Shown: positions 1-10,608 of the stretch, piece after piece
How positions within the stretch are numbered: position 1 is the first letter of the stretch
Layout of the letters: the number at the start of each line of letters is the position of its first letter
NCBI RefSeq assembly: GCF_000143415.4
Contig: NW_003314280.1
Span: 434,001-498,000 of the forward strand
Direction: 5' to 3'
Length of the DNA: 64,000 nucleotides
Origin: Selaginella moellendorffii
Lineage: Eukaryota; Plantae; Lycopodiophyta
Notes under the pieces: model-generated
The model's input: the letters and a program-made list of their open reading frames with translations, nothing else
Database searches by the model: none
Told to the model about the DNA's origin: nothing
Translations under genes and position numbers: made by a program

Positions 1-379
1 TTGAGACGAAAAGACGAGTCAAGCAAAGGCAAGGCTTTCGTGATACTCTTGTTTAACAATGCCTTGTCTCTCTCGGGTACATCCACTTGAGAAGGAAAGA
101 AAGAGAGATCATTTGCCGGAATATTTCTGGACCGCCGGAATGCATTGCGATTATTTGCCGGAAGACGTTTCTACCGCCGGAACAGAGATATTCTGTCCAA
201 TGGCCGAAGCATCATGCATGGCATGGATGGAGGCCTTTATAAGGCTCCACATTCTTGAGAATGTGTGGCTAGCTCGTTTCTTTCCTTCTTGGCTCTTTGT
301 CCATTGCGAATCTAATCTATTGTCTAGCGAGCGAGCGAGCGAGAAATCTCTCTCGCGCGCCTCACACACATAAGATTTT

Positions 380-432
380 GAGGCAGGCGTTGGCCTGCTG
401 GCCGGTGGCGAGCTCGCGATCTTGATTGAGAG

Positions 433-465
<33 letters not shown>

Positions 466-510
466 CTCGCATCGCCTCGCCTCGCCGTCCAGCAGGCCAA
501 TACCTCACTC
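380..510 (+). ncRNA. Candidate miRNA precursor hairpin
   Basis: 386-407 (ggcgttggcctgctggccggtg) pairs with 483-504 (cgccgtccagcaggccaatacc) over 22 bp with 2 mismatches and 2 G:U pairs. The loop holds a (CT)n tract. A TATA-like ctttataa at ~235-242 and a (GAGC)n tract lie upstream. Confidence 0.7.
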
Positions 511-906
511 GAGATCTTGTTGGAATTCGGTGCTAGCTTTTCGCAATTTTTGATCTGTGAGGATTTCTCTGTGCCTCCGACCCCGGATCCGGCAATGGAC
601 AGTATTGAGCGTGGCTGGAGTGGGATTTTTAAGCTACCTAGATCTGATTCATGACAACATCCTTTGTTTTGATTTTGCAAGGACTGCTGGAGCACCTCTT
701 CCAGATCGAGGCCCAAATTATCGCTTCGACTGGCGGCGCCGATCCAAATTTTGTAGTCTTTCTATGCCAGATCGATGTTCGTTTCATGTTCCCTTCGGAA
801 AAATATCAATTTGTGATTGTTCTAGCTCAGGAGTTGAAAAAAGAAATCAAATTTGTTGTCAATCTCCTGGAGAGGAAAAAAAAATTTCCGATTTTGATAG
901 ATCCAA

Positions 907-2547
907 TCACGAGTACGCATTTGCCAGTAGCACGTACGAGGCAGCGCTCCACGAATCCATGCCAAGAACAGCGGTTCTTTTGGCGAATCCATCCCCTGAT
1001 CCGGCCAGGAAGCATCGCCAATCCACCGCGTCGGCCGCAAAGGGCATGCTGCCGAGCAAATCCCGCGCACACCCAAGGAATCCCCCTCGTGCCAGCAGAT
1101 CGATCACGCACGAGTAGTGGCGCTTGCTCGGATCCAGCCCAAAATCCGCGCTCATGCTCCTCAGCAAGCCCAGCCCAGTGGAGATCCCCCCCGAGTGGCT
1201 GCACGCTCGATTGAGCATCACCAGGAACACGACCGCGTCGGGGGTCTCCTCCAATTGGAGCTCCCGGAACGAATCCAGCGCGCGCGTGTGGGATTGCGCC
1301 GAGATGAGCGCCGTCCACGACGAGAGATTGCGCTCGTGCATCTCGTCAAACAGCTCCTTGGCCCCCCGGGCGTCGCCCTGCGCCGCCATCGCCGAGAGCA
1401 TCGAGTTCCAGGACACGAGATCGCGCTCCTCCATGGCATCGAACACCATCCTGGCCTCGCCCAGCTGCCCCGCGCTGATCAATCCACACAGCAAAACGTT
1501 CACCGACACGAGATTGCGCTGCGGCATGGAGTCGAAGACGCGCCTCCACTGGAGATCATCGCCGCTGTTCTTGGCGTAAGCGGCGAGTAGCGCGTTCCAG
1601 GACACGACGTTCCATCGCTGCATGGAATCAAACGTGCACTGCGCCATCTCGATCTGCCCCCGCTGCGAATACGCAACCAGCATGAGATTCCACGTCACAA
1701 GATTCCTCTCCAGCATTCCCTGGAACACTGCCGCCACCTTTTGCAATTGCCCGTGCAGCCCATACGCAGCCAGCATGGCGTTTCCAGAAACAACATCATG
1801 AACCCTCATGTCACGAAACACACGCTCGGCTTTCAGAACATGCCCACTCGCGGCATATGCAGAGAGCATAGAGTTCCACGAAACCACGTCCCGTTCTTCC
1901 ATGGCGGCAAACACTGCTTCCGCGGAAGCAAGCTCGCCGTTGATGGCGTAACCGGTTAGCATGGCGTTCCAGGAAACTAGGTCGTGCCAGGGCATCGAAT
2001 CAAACACTGCTTTTGCCTGGTGGAGATGCCCGTGCCGGGCATATGCGCTGAGCATAGCCGTGGCAGCGATTAGGGTTCTTTCTTCCATGCGCTCCAGCGC
2101 GCGCATCGCCTCGTCGAGGTTCTCCCCCTCGGCATACGATCGCAGCAGTGTGATGTGTGAGACTAGATCCCATTCTGGCATCGCGTCGAAGATCTCCTTG
2201 GCGGATTGCAAATGCCCGGACTGGGCAGCCGCGCAGAGGATCGCGTTGTGGGCGACGAGGTTGTGGAGCGGCATTTGATCGAAGATCTCACGGGCTTGGT
2301 CGGGTCTGTGGTTGCGAGCGTAGGCCCAGAGCATGAGCGCCCAAGAGAAGATGTTCTTCGCGGCGGGAGGGATGGTGAGGAAGGCGGCGTGGGCGATCCC
2401 CGGCTCGCCCAGCCGTCCATACATCTCGATGAGGAGATTGGAGACGTAGCGCGATGGGCGGAGGATTCGGGAGTGGAGGTCTCTGGCGGCCAAGAGTGTG
2501 TGACACGATCTGATGCGGGACGCCCAGGACAAATCCTCTCCGCCCAT
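907..2547 (-). CDS. PLS-class PPR protein (tandem ~31-aa SS-type motifs, C-terminal E domain, no DYW)
   Basis: ORF 907..2751 has repeated 'A..vFd.M.erdlVSWN.ML.AYA..G' motifs and ends 'HYSCVIDLLARGG...AASYVLLANAYS'. The likely start is the ATG at 2547 (MGGEDLSW), because the paralog at 5810 shares it; 2550-2751 looks like fused upstream DNA. Confidence 0.88.
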   Translation of the reverse strand: MGGEDLSWASRIRSCHTLLAARDLHSRILRPSRYVSNLLIEMYGRLGEPGIAHAAFLTIPPAAKNIFSWALMLWAYARNHRPDQAREIFDQMPLHNLVAHNAILCAAAQSGHLQSAKEIFDAMPEWDLVSHITLLRSYAEGENLDEAMRALERMEERTLIAATAMLSAYARHGHLHQAKAVFDSMPWHDLVSWNAMLTGYAINGELASAEAVFAAMEERDVVSWNSMLSAYAASGHVLKAERVFRDMRVHDVVSGNAMLAAYGLHGQLQKVAAVFQGMLERNLVTWNLMLVAYSQRGQIEMAQCTFDSMQRWNVVSWNALLAAYAKNSGDDLQWRRVFDSMPQRNLVSVNVLLCGLISAGQLGEARMVFDAMEERDLVSWNSMLSAMAAQGDARGAKELFDEMHERNLSSWTALISAQSHTRALDSFRELQLEETPDAVVFLVMLNRACSHSGGISTGLGLLRSMSADFGLDPSKRHYSCVIDLLARGGFLGCARDLLGSMPFAADAVDWRCFLAGSGDGFAKRTAVLGMDSWSAASYVLLANAYS

Positions 2548-2639
2548 GCCAAATGCCGCATTTTCGCCCGGCCCAAGAACCCTTAAATCGAGAAAGGATT
2601 TTCCTTGAAGGTCAAACTTTCTGGCACACTTTGATTGCG

Positions 2640-3330
2640 TTCCAGGCAATCTGGTGCTTGTCTCGGACCTATCGAACAAGCTCTTGGATTCTTCGAGATG
2701 ACCGAAGCTCACGTAGGCAGTGAGCATGGAGACGACATTAAACTCCGGCATGGAATCAAACAGCGTTTCAAGTGCTTTTCTCGAGCTGGAAGGTGGCGCA
2801 GAAGATCGAGAGTATTATGTTCCAGGAGGTGATTTCTCTCGACAGCATCGCATCAAACAGGCTCTTTGTCCGAGAGACGTCCTCGTGGTGTGCATAGGCG
2901 CCCTGGATGTTGTTCACGGGTAAGGCATTTTGTCGAAGATTTTCTTTCCTTGCGGGAGCTGACGAGCCCGGTTGTGCGCAGGAGATTGTAAGACAAAAGG
3001 TCTTGCTCCGGCATGGATCATTAATCCCAGCATCGAGTTCCAGGACGACCCCGCTGTTTCATCCCCTGAAAGAAAATGATGGCTTTCTCTCGCCATAGCT
3101 GTTTAGCAGCGCATTGTTGCAGACGAGGTCCCAGCTTGGCTTTCTCGACGTAGCCTCTTTGAGCGTAGGCGACGAGCAAAGCTGTCCACGAGACTGTGTT
3201 CCAGAGGGGCATTAGTTAAAAGAGGCGGTCGAGCTCTTCCAAATCGCCATCGTGCGTTCCACGCGACCAGATCTTTGTCGGGCATAGTTAGCAACGCGGA
3301 ACGTGCATCATCAAGATGCAAGAATAGCAG
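2640..3330 (-). pseudogene. Frameshifted PPR fragments
   Basis: Short ORFs carry PPR motifs (MPEFNVVSMLTAYVSFGHLEESKSLFDR; MPLWNTVSWTALLVAYAQRGYVEKAK; MPDKDLVAWNA) in different frames. Confidence 0.75.
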
Positions 3331-3889
3331 CTGTCGAGCTGTACCTGGTGATTGGTGATGTTCGCGTCGAGGAACTTGTCCAGGCGATCCTCGAGAGAGT
3401 GACCTTGCTATGGATTTGAGAGCAGCTAACAATGGGGACGCCATGGAGGGCTCGGCCTTATCCTGCCAAAAACCCTGGAGAATGGCCGAAAGACTTGGAT
3501 GTTATCCATTAATACAGCACAAGTAATCTCCGTTAGAACAACAGCAGCCAAGAATTGATGCGCTTTCTCACTTCTCGCCCCTCCCCTCTGCTAGTAACTC
3601 CCGCCGTGACACCATCCGAGCTATTGCTTCCCATGCCACGTCTCCAACACCACTGTGAAGGGGCCTTCTGTACAAGTGTGAGAGCACTGCTTCACACCAG
3701 AGAATGCAATTGAATGGCGGCAGCCATCACCCAATATGCATTGAAAGGGAAAGAGAACAGCACAGAGGAGAGAGAGGAAGAGAGACATAGAGAGAGCAAA
3801 TAACCTACGTAATCCGTACTGCTTCTCGTCTTATATACTTTCCATGGAAGTAAACCACTTTGAGTGAAAGCTGGTAGCATTCGATCTGG

Positions 3890-4190
3890 TATCAATCCCA
3901 GATCATGTGTTCTTTCTCGTCATGGAGATTGCGGGAGAATCTCGCAGGCGAGGAGTGTCTTCGATTCCATCGCGCCCAAGGACCAGTTCTCTTGGAGGGA
4001 GTGTATGCCCGCCAAGGGCATCTTCACGAGGCTAGGAGCGTCCTTGATGCGATGCCGGAGTGCGATACCGCGTCCTGGAATTGTCTCGTCTCTTCTCGTC
4101 TTTGCTCTTTCTAGATCCGGTCGATTAGAGGAATGCAAGGGACTTATGAGCTCATGCTCGCTATACTGGTGCGAGCTACACGTCTAATCG
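3890..4190 (+). pseudogene. Frameshifted PPR fragment
   Basis: GRISQARSVFDSIAPKDQFSW and YARQGHLHEARSVLDAMPECDTASWN lie in different frames. Confidence 0.7.
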
Positions 4191-5232
4191 TTGTGCCTAG
4201 AAATCTTTAGCGAGCAAGAATGCTCACGGGCTCTTAATCCCACCACCGTGCATATTAAGTAAAGCCTTCATGGCAGCTTTGGACCAGAAGTAGCAGCTTC
4301 TACACAGGAGGTTTTTCATCCATCACCTTTCTATGAATTTGAGGATCGAACAGTGAACACAAACACATTCATGCCTGGAAGAACACAAACACAAATTCCA
4401 AGAAAGAACGAATTAAACTTGAATTAACAGTGTCTCCTCAACCTCTTTGATTCCCCATGGAGAGTTCTACACGAGGATATCAGCTGGATCTCTTTGACCA
4501 AATGGAGGCAACTGTGCAATGCCTTTGTTCTCTCCACGGTTCTCGCCGCCTGCTTAGCACTGTGCAATCTGGACCGCGGTGAGCACATGCACTTGCGGAT
4601 CCAGCGGCAGTGGGATGATCTTGAGGTGACGGCACTTCTCGGGATATGCCCAGACCGGGCATCACACCAGGGCATTTGAGATCTTCCGGATCATGCAGCA
4701 GTGGTGGTGCTGCGACAATCTCCGCCATGCCACCTGCCTTGATCTGCACAAAGACATTTTTAGGGTAAATATTAAGATTTTATTTTTCTTGATAAGATTT
4801 GAGATATATTTATCTTTAGAACTCATTTATAAGCCTAAACAAAAGGAAATTTTACCAAGATTTGTTTGGAAAGTTGTTCTTTGAGCCATTTAAGATTTGT
4901 TGTCTTTCCGGCCATGACGAAACATAAACACACACGAGAATAAATGAGCCATCATGAAAACAATAACATACATTCCAATTTACTTCTGCACAAGAGAAAC
5001 CAAAAGTTAGAAAAAAACTTCTGCAAAGTATTATACTAAATCCTTAGTGACTGTTTTAATCCATAATGGATTATTAGAGTTTATACATATAACATTGGAT
5101 CTCAAAACTTGGAGGTTGCTATATATACACCAATTCCTCTAGCTTGCCATTGAAAAATGCATTATTGACATCCATCTACTCAACTTCAAGGTCTAAGTGA
5201 TTAGTGATTGCAAGAACAAAACAAATAGAAAC

Positions 5233-5880
5233 AGCATTCCCGAACACTGCCACCACCTTTTGCAATTGCCCGTGCTGCCCATACGCAGCCAGCATGGCAT
5301 TACATCATGAACCTCATGTCACGAAACAAACGCTCAGCTTGTAGAAAATGCCCTGCGGCATATGCCGAAAGCATAGAGTTCCACGAAGCTACGTCCACAC
5401 TGCTTCCGCGGAAGCAAGCTCGCCGTTGATGGCGTACCCGGTTATCATGGCGTTCCAGGAAACATCGAATCAAACACTCCTTTTGCCTGGTGGAGATGCC
5501 CGTGCCGGCCATATGCGCTGAGCATGGCCGTGGCGGCGATTAGGGTTCTTTCTTCCATGCGCTCCAGCGCGCGCATCGCCTCGTCGAGGTCGCAGCACTA
5601 GATCCCACTCGGGCTTCGCGTTGAAAATCTCCTTGGCGGCTTGCAAGTGCCCGGACTGAGCGGCGTTTGATCGAAGATCTCGCGGGCTTGGTCGGCCCGA
5701 GCATGAGCGCCCAGGAGAAGATGTTCTTCGCGGTGGGAGGGATGGTGAGGAAAGTGGCGTGGGGGATCCCAGGCTCGCCCAGACGCCCAGGACAAATCCT
5801 CTCCGCCCATGCCAAATGCCGTGTTTTCGCCGTGCCCAAGAACCCTAATATCTGGAAGAAAGGAGTGGAGATTTTCCTTG
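5233..5880 (-). pseudogene. Deletion-riddled duplicate of the 5' half of the PPR gene at 907-2547
   Basis: Near-identical blocks colinear with ~1711-2610, separated by many small deletions and frameshifts. Confidence 0.9.
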
Positions 5881-5965
5881 TTCCTTCCTTCCACTCCGCG
5901 ACGCGTTTGCGCGCAAGCTTAAGCAGGCGCGATCTCGCTAGGGCAGCGCCAGCGATCGATCGGCT

Positions 5966-6858
5966 ATGGAGCATTTCGCGAAGGCGAAGACGGTCCGGCT
6001 GAGGAGCTCGCACGGGAAGTACCTGTGGGCCGAGGAAGACATGGTGGGCGTGTCGCAGGAGCGCGATTCCGGTGAGATGGCGGTGTGGGAGGTGGAGATC
6101 GCCGAGAGCTCTGGGGAAGACTGTGGTGTGGTCCGTCTCAAGAGCGCGCTGGGCTGCTACCTCACGGCCTCGGACGAGCACTTCCTCCTGGGAATGACGG
6201 GCAAGAAGGTGTTGCAGAGCGCGCGCGGCAATCAATCGCTGGAATCGCTGGTGGAGTGGGAGCCCATCGCGGCGGGCGAGGTAGGCTCTTTTGTCAAGCT
6301 CAAGACGCGCCATGGCAACTTCCTGCGCGGCAATGGCGGGATTCCTCCATGGAGGAACTCGGTCACGCACGACGTGCCCGTGAGATCTGCGACCCAGAGC
6401 TGGCTCCTCTGGGAGGTGGAGGTGGTCGAATCCAAGACCCAACACCAGCAGCAACACCACCGGCGATCCAAGAGCTCCTTCTCGGTAAGAGGTCCCTGCC
6501 AATTCCACGATCGATCGATGGAATCCTTGTGTTCTTCTTGTGCCAGGCGACGCCCCAGCTCTCTTTCAAGATCCCCAAATCCGAGGGGAGGCTCATCCGC
6601 TACGCGGTGGTGTGGGACAAGAGCGAGACCATTCCAGTTCCTTGCAAGGAGTGGCCCAGATTTCACTTCCACGGGGGTAATACTCTCGCGGATCTCACCA
6701 CCGCGATCAAGGAGGAGCTGGGGCTTGATCCGAGCGAAGAGGTGCTCGTCTGCTCTAGGCACGATGCCAGCGGCAAGATCTTCCCGCTCAAGCTTGGGCT
6801 TCCCCCAAACAATGCGCCTATGAGCCTGGTGATTGTCAGGTCTCCTCCTCCACAATGA
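5966..6858 (+). CDS. DUF569 (actin cross-linking/fascin-like fold) protein, 2 exons: 5966-6484 and 6547-6858
   Basis: MEHFAKAKTVRLRSSHGKYLWAEED...LRGNGGIPPWRNSVTHDVP...WEVE is the plant DUF569 signature. A phase-0 GT-AG intron at 6485-6546 joins it to the typical C-terminal domain (GRLIRY...VCSR...GKIFPLKLGLPPNNAPMSLVIV). Confidence 0.88.
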
Positions 6859-7389
6859 TACCAGAAAATGTTCAATATACTAGAGTCAGACAGGGATCCC
6901 CCTCTCCCCCACACTATTTGGCTTGTTCATGAATGGGCTTGAGCAAGTCAAGCACCCTCCCCAATTGTCCTTGCAGGAAACAGACGATACACCTCCAATA
7001 GCTTACAATCGACATCCTCCTGCATGGTATGCCACCCCTTCGTTTTTACGTCATCCAGATTGCTACTTGGGAAGCCTTCCTGCCTGAGGAGCGCAATCTC
7101 ACTGGACTCATCTTCGACTCCTCAAATCCTTTGTGATTCATCTTCGCTGGTGTGAAAGCTAGAAGACCTGCTAGGAAGCAAAGGACCCATAGGTCTAGAT
7201 CCTGGTTCACATCGTCGTAGCTTAGCTGTGGTAATCGAGAGGCTTCCGCCTTTGGTCCTAAAGAGTCGCTGTTAGATCCACAAGGACTTATAGAAGAAAC
7301 TCAGTCTTTCCAATCCCTGGATTCCCCATGAGCAGGATCGAGTTCTTGTCGTTGGGGTTTGCCAAGACCACGGCCTGTATCTTGCTGCT

Positions 7390-7565
7390 TATAGCACCGC
7401 CTCTCCAAAATCTTCATATTGCTGAAGAGATCGATAATTGTCGGAATTAGCCTGAAGAAATTGTTACTTGAAATATCAAGTACCTGTAACTTTTTCATGT
7501 TCCATATCCAGTTTGGAATGTTACCACTAAATTGAATATTTGCGACCCTTAAGACTGTCACGCCA
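7390..7565 (-). pseudogene. LRR receptor-like gene fragment
   Basis: LRVANIQFSGNIPNWIWNMKKLQVLDISSNNF matches the plant extracellular LRR consensus; no flanking domains. Confidence 0.6.
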
Positions 7566-10029
7566 CCTCCAGAAAATATCTGTTAGAGTTTAGTAGCACA
7601 TCTGCAGTAAGTAGTTGGGAAGCAGAGTTGAGGTTGTTAATATAACCATGTGAAAGTGTGTTTTAATTTATGTGGCACTAGGGCAAAAGAGGAGATTCGT
7701 TTCTTTTTGTGATTTGGTTAAAGTGCAGGTAAGGATTTGCAATCTAGTTTTAAGAGATTTGGTTAGGAATAAAAGATATAAAGAGGAAGTTAAATTGGGC
7801 TTAAAGTGTTTAAATGTGTTTAATAATGATTTTGTAAATTTTAGAATGGAGAGCATTTTCTAGAGAGATCTCACAACTTGCCAATGGCAACACAATGGCT
7901 TTAAGATTGTGTGTAAGCATTCCACAGCTTGCTGGTGGCAACATAGTGGCCCTGGAATAATGATCTTAAATCTAAAAATGTTCTTGAAAGTTAGATTTTC
8001 AGGGTGTTTTCTTCTAAGGATTGAGTGGTTTTGAGGGAGAATTTTGGAGTAGGAGAGAATGCTTCACGACCTATTAGTGATAATGTAGTGGCTTTAAGCA
8101 AATTTAAAAGATAAAAAAGTGTTCTTAGTCTCTTTCCTACAAAGGTGTATGACAGGAGGTAATTAAGGGTAATTGCATTTTGTTTGGCACTTTGGAGCCC
8201 CCATCCTACAAGTCTTGTGTCTGGCCAGTGAAAACACAATGGCCCTAAGTTATCCCCTCCCCTTTAAATGCCCTTCTTCATTCTCTTTTGTGTGGGATTC
8301 AGCAATATAAAATTGAGGCTCTTAACTCAACTGATTAGTCTTTTTGAGTATGAGTAGTCTTGGATTTGCCTAGCTTCCTTTGCTGTAGCCACTTCTGTGT
8401 TTTTTTAAGGGACTTGCCCAAATGGGCCATATGGTGGGTTTGGGATATTCTGGGGATTTAATTTGACTGGTTGGTCTTTTTGGCTTGTGTTTTTTGAAGG
8501 ATTTGCCCACATGGGCCATATGGTGGATTTGGGATATTCTGTAAACATGTGGGTGAATGCAATTGTTTGGCACGCCTACATGGTGCAAACACCTTAAGGA
8601 CAATAAAAGCTTCCACTAATATGAGTGGATGCATACATAAACTTTAGTTTATATATAGGAGTAAGTGGTCAAAATTAAAAGAAATTCAACAACTATCAAA
8701 ATTCTACTATTCTAATAATAGTATAGCTATAAAAAATATATATATTTATAAATATAAATACAAAATTAATTTAAATAAGAATATCCTAGAATATTTAAGT
8801 ATATTTTAGATATATCCACTCTTACAAGTGTTTTTAAACAAACCAAAATATTTTAACTATCTATCTATCTATCTATCTCTCTCTCTCTCTATATATATAT
8901 AAATATATAACACTTTAAAAATAAGTTAATAAAAGTTGGTAGATCAATGTTTTAATGTGGATGGAGCTCTTTGGGTCAATTACAAAACATTATCTATACC
9001 TTTTCTAAATTATTTATTAATCAAATTGATAAATATATAATTCAACAAAAAATTCTAAAAGCTTTACTAGAAGAGAAGTTAATATAAAGCTGAACAAGTA
9101 TTATCACATATTATGGGCATAAACACAAGCCACATTTTTATTCAATGATTATATGCCAAAATTAAATTTAATGAGAGTTGTAAGCTTATATTTGACTAGT
9201 GACCTTATATAATACTCTATAATAAACTCTTTGAGTAACTATGTAAGTGCATTTCTTTAATTAATTAGATAGCTTTGTAATAACCATATTGTGAGTGCTC
9301 ATAATCCAACTTTACTCAAAAATAGATTTCATTTTAAGCTAAAAAATGTGCCTTATTGTTTTTAATTTGAATTTTATAATTATAAATATATTTATAATTT
9401 ATTTTATATCCACTATTAGATGCTAGAATAAATTAGAAGCGTTAAGAAAATTTTATACATTATAAATTTATTTATAGATTATAAATAGAAGAATAATCTA
9501 AATGAATATATATAAAATATACCAAAATATCTAAGCATAGTCCCAAAACATATTAAAACTTTTCCAAAAATCTGAAATAGAACCTCATATTTTAAACTAT
9601 GAAATATATAAAACTCTACTATCAAATTCAGCCATTAATTACTTTCAACTCATAACATTTTTTTAGAATGGCCATAAGGGTCAAGTTTCTTCTGGAAGGG
9701 TTGCTCTGTGAGTGCTTAGAATATGGAAAGGAAATACAAAAATGTGCATATCAATTAGCCCAAAAACCCTAACTTATATACAGGAGCGAGGGTTCAAATT
9801 GAAACCAATCCGACAACTACCAAAATCCCACTACGCTAATATTAGTATATAGTATCGTAGCCATACACTTGGCCTTTACATCATCCCCTCCTCCCAGAAA
9901 TGGAAGACCATTAGGGTTTCTTGTAGATGGGCCAAGATCTGGAGGAACGTTAGGAGGAGGCATCGGTAGATCTATAGGTGGTATTAACTGCTCTTGATCC
10001 CTTTGTATAAAACATTTCAACCATTGCAT

Positions 10030-10608
10030 TGTAAGCTCCTGAGTTTGGACTTCCCGGGAGGTCACCCAGCCCAGTACTATTCTAACCCAAGGACATTTAA
10101 CCCCAAATATCCCAAGACCCTTAACCGATTGGAAAAGGGGGTGCACTCTTATTCATGGGCCCTTTCCCTCTATATTTGAACCCCATGGATCGTCTTTCGA
10201 GTCGTTCCCTTTGGTTGCTTACAATCCACCACGCTTCCCTGCAAGTTCACGCCCTCGTGAACGGAAGCTGAGAGCCGCAGCTCTCCCGAGAGCCCCGCTC
10301 TCTTGACACCCTACCCCTCGGGAGCAAACTGGACCAGCCAGATGTCAATCAACATGTGGTGTGATTCCCTTAGCCAACCAACAGAGTCGGACTTGAGACC
10401 GCTCCGATACCAAATGTAAGCTCCTGAGTTTGGACTTCCCGGGAGGTCACCCAACCCAGTACTATTCTAACCCAAGGACACTTAACCCCAAATATCCCAA
10501 GACCCTTAACCGATTGGAAAAGGGGGTGCACTCTTATTCATGGGCCCTTTCCCTCTATATTTGAACCCCATGGATCGTCTCTCGAGTCGTTCCCTTTGGT
10601 TGCTTACA
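10030..10608 (-). mobile_element. Cassandra-type TRIM (LTRs carry a 5S rRNA-derived Pol III promoter)
   Basis: 194-bp TG..CA LTRs at 10030-10223 and 10415-10608 with 3 differences; 191-bp non-coding interior; Met-tRNA PBS tggtatcggagc; PPT; perfect TSD TGCAT. 10047-10101 and 10432-10486 read gttaagtgtccttgggttagaatagtactggg(c/t)tgggtgacctcccgggaagtcc on minus, matching the 5S internal control region. Confidence 0.93.

Noticed and set aside
4424-4760. Short ORFs between the PPR fragments
   Set aside because: No recognisable motif or consistent exon structure.
8411-9700. ~42-bp direct repeat (8411/8500) and an AT-rich tract as a possible DNA transposon
   Set aside because: No TIRs, TSD or Helitron termini could be identified.
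10047-10101. 5S rRNA gene
   Set aside because: Only the ~55-nt internal promoter part is present, and it is embedded in TRIM LTRs.
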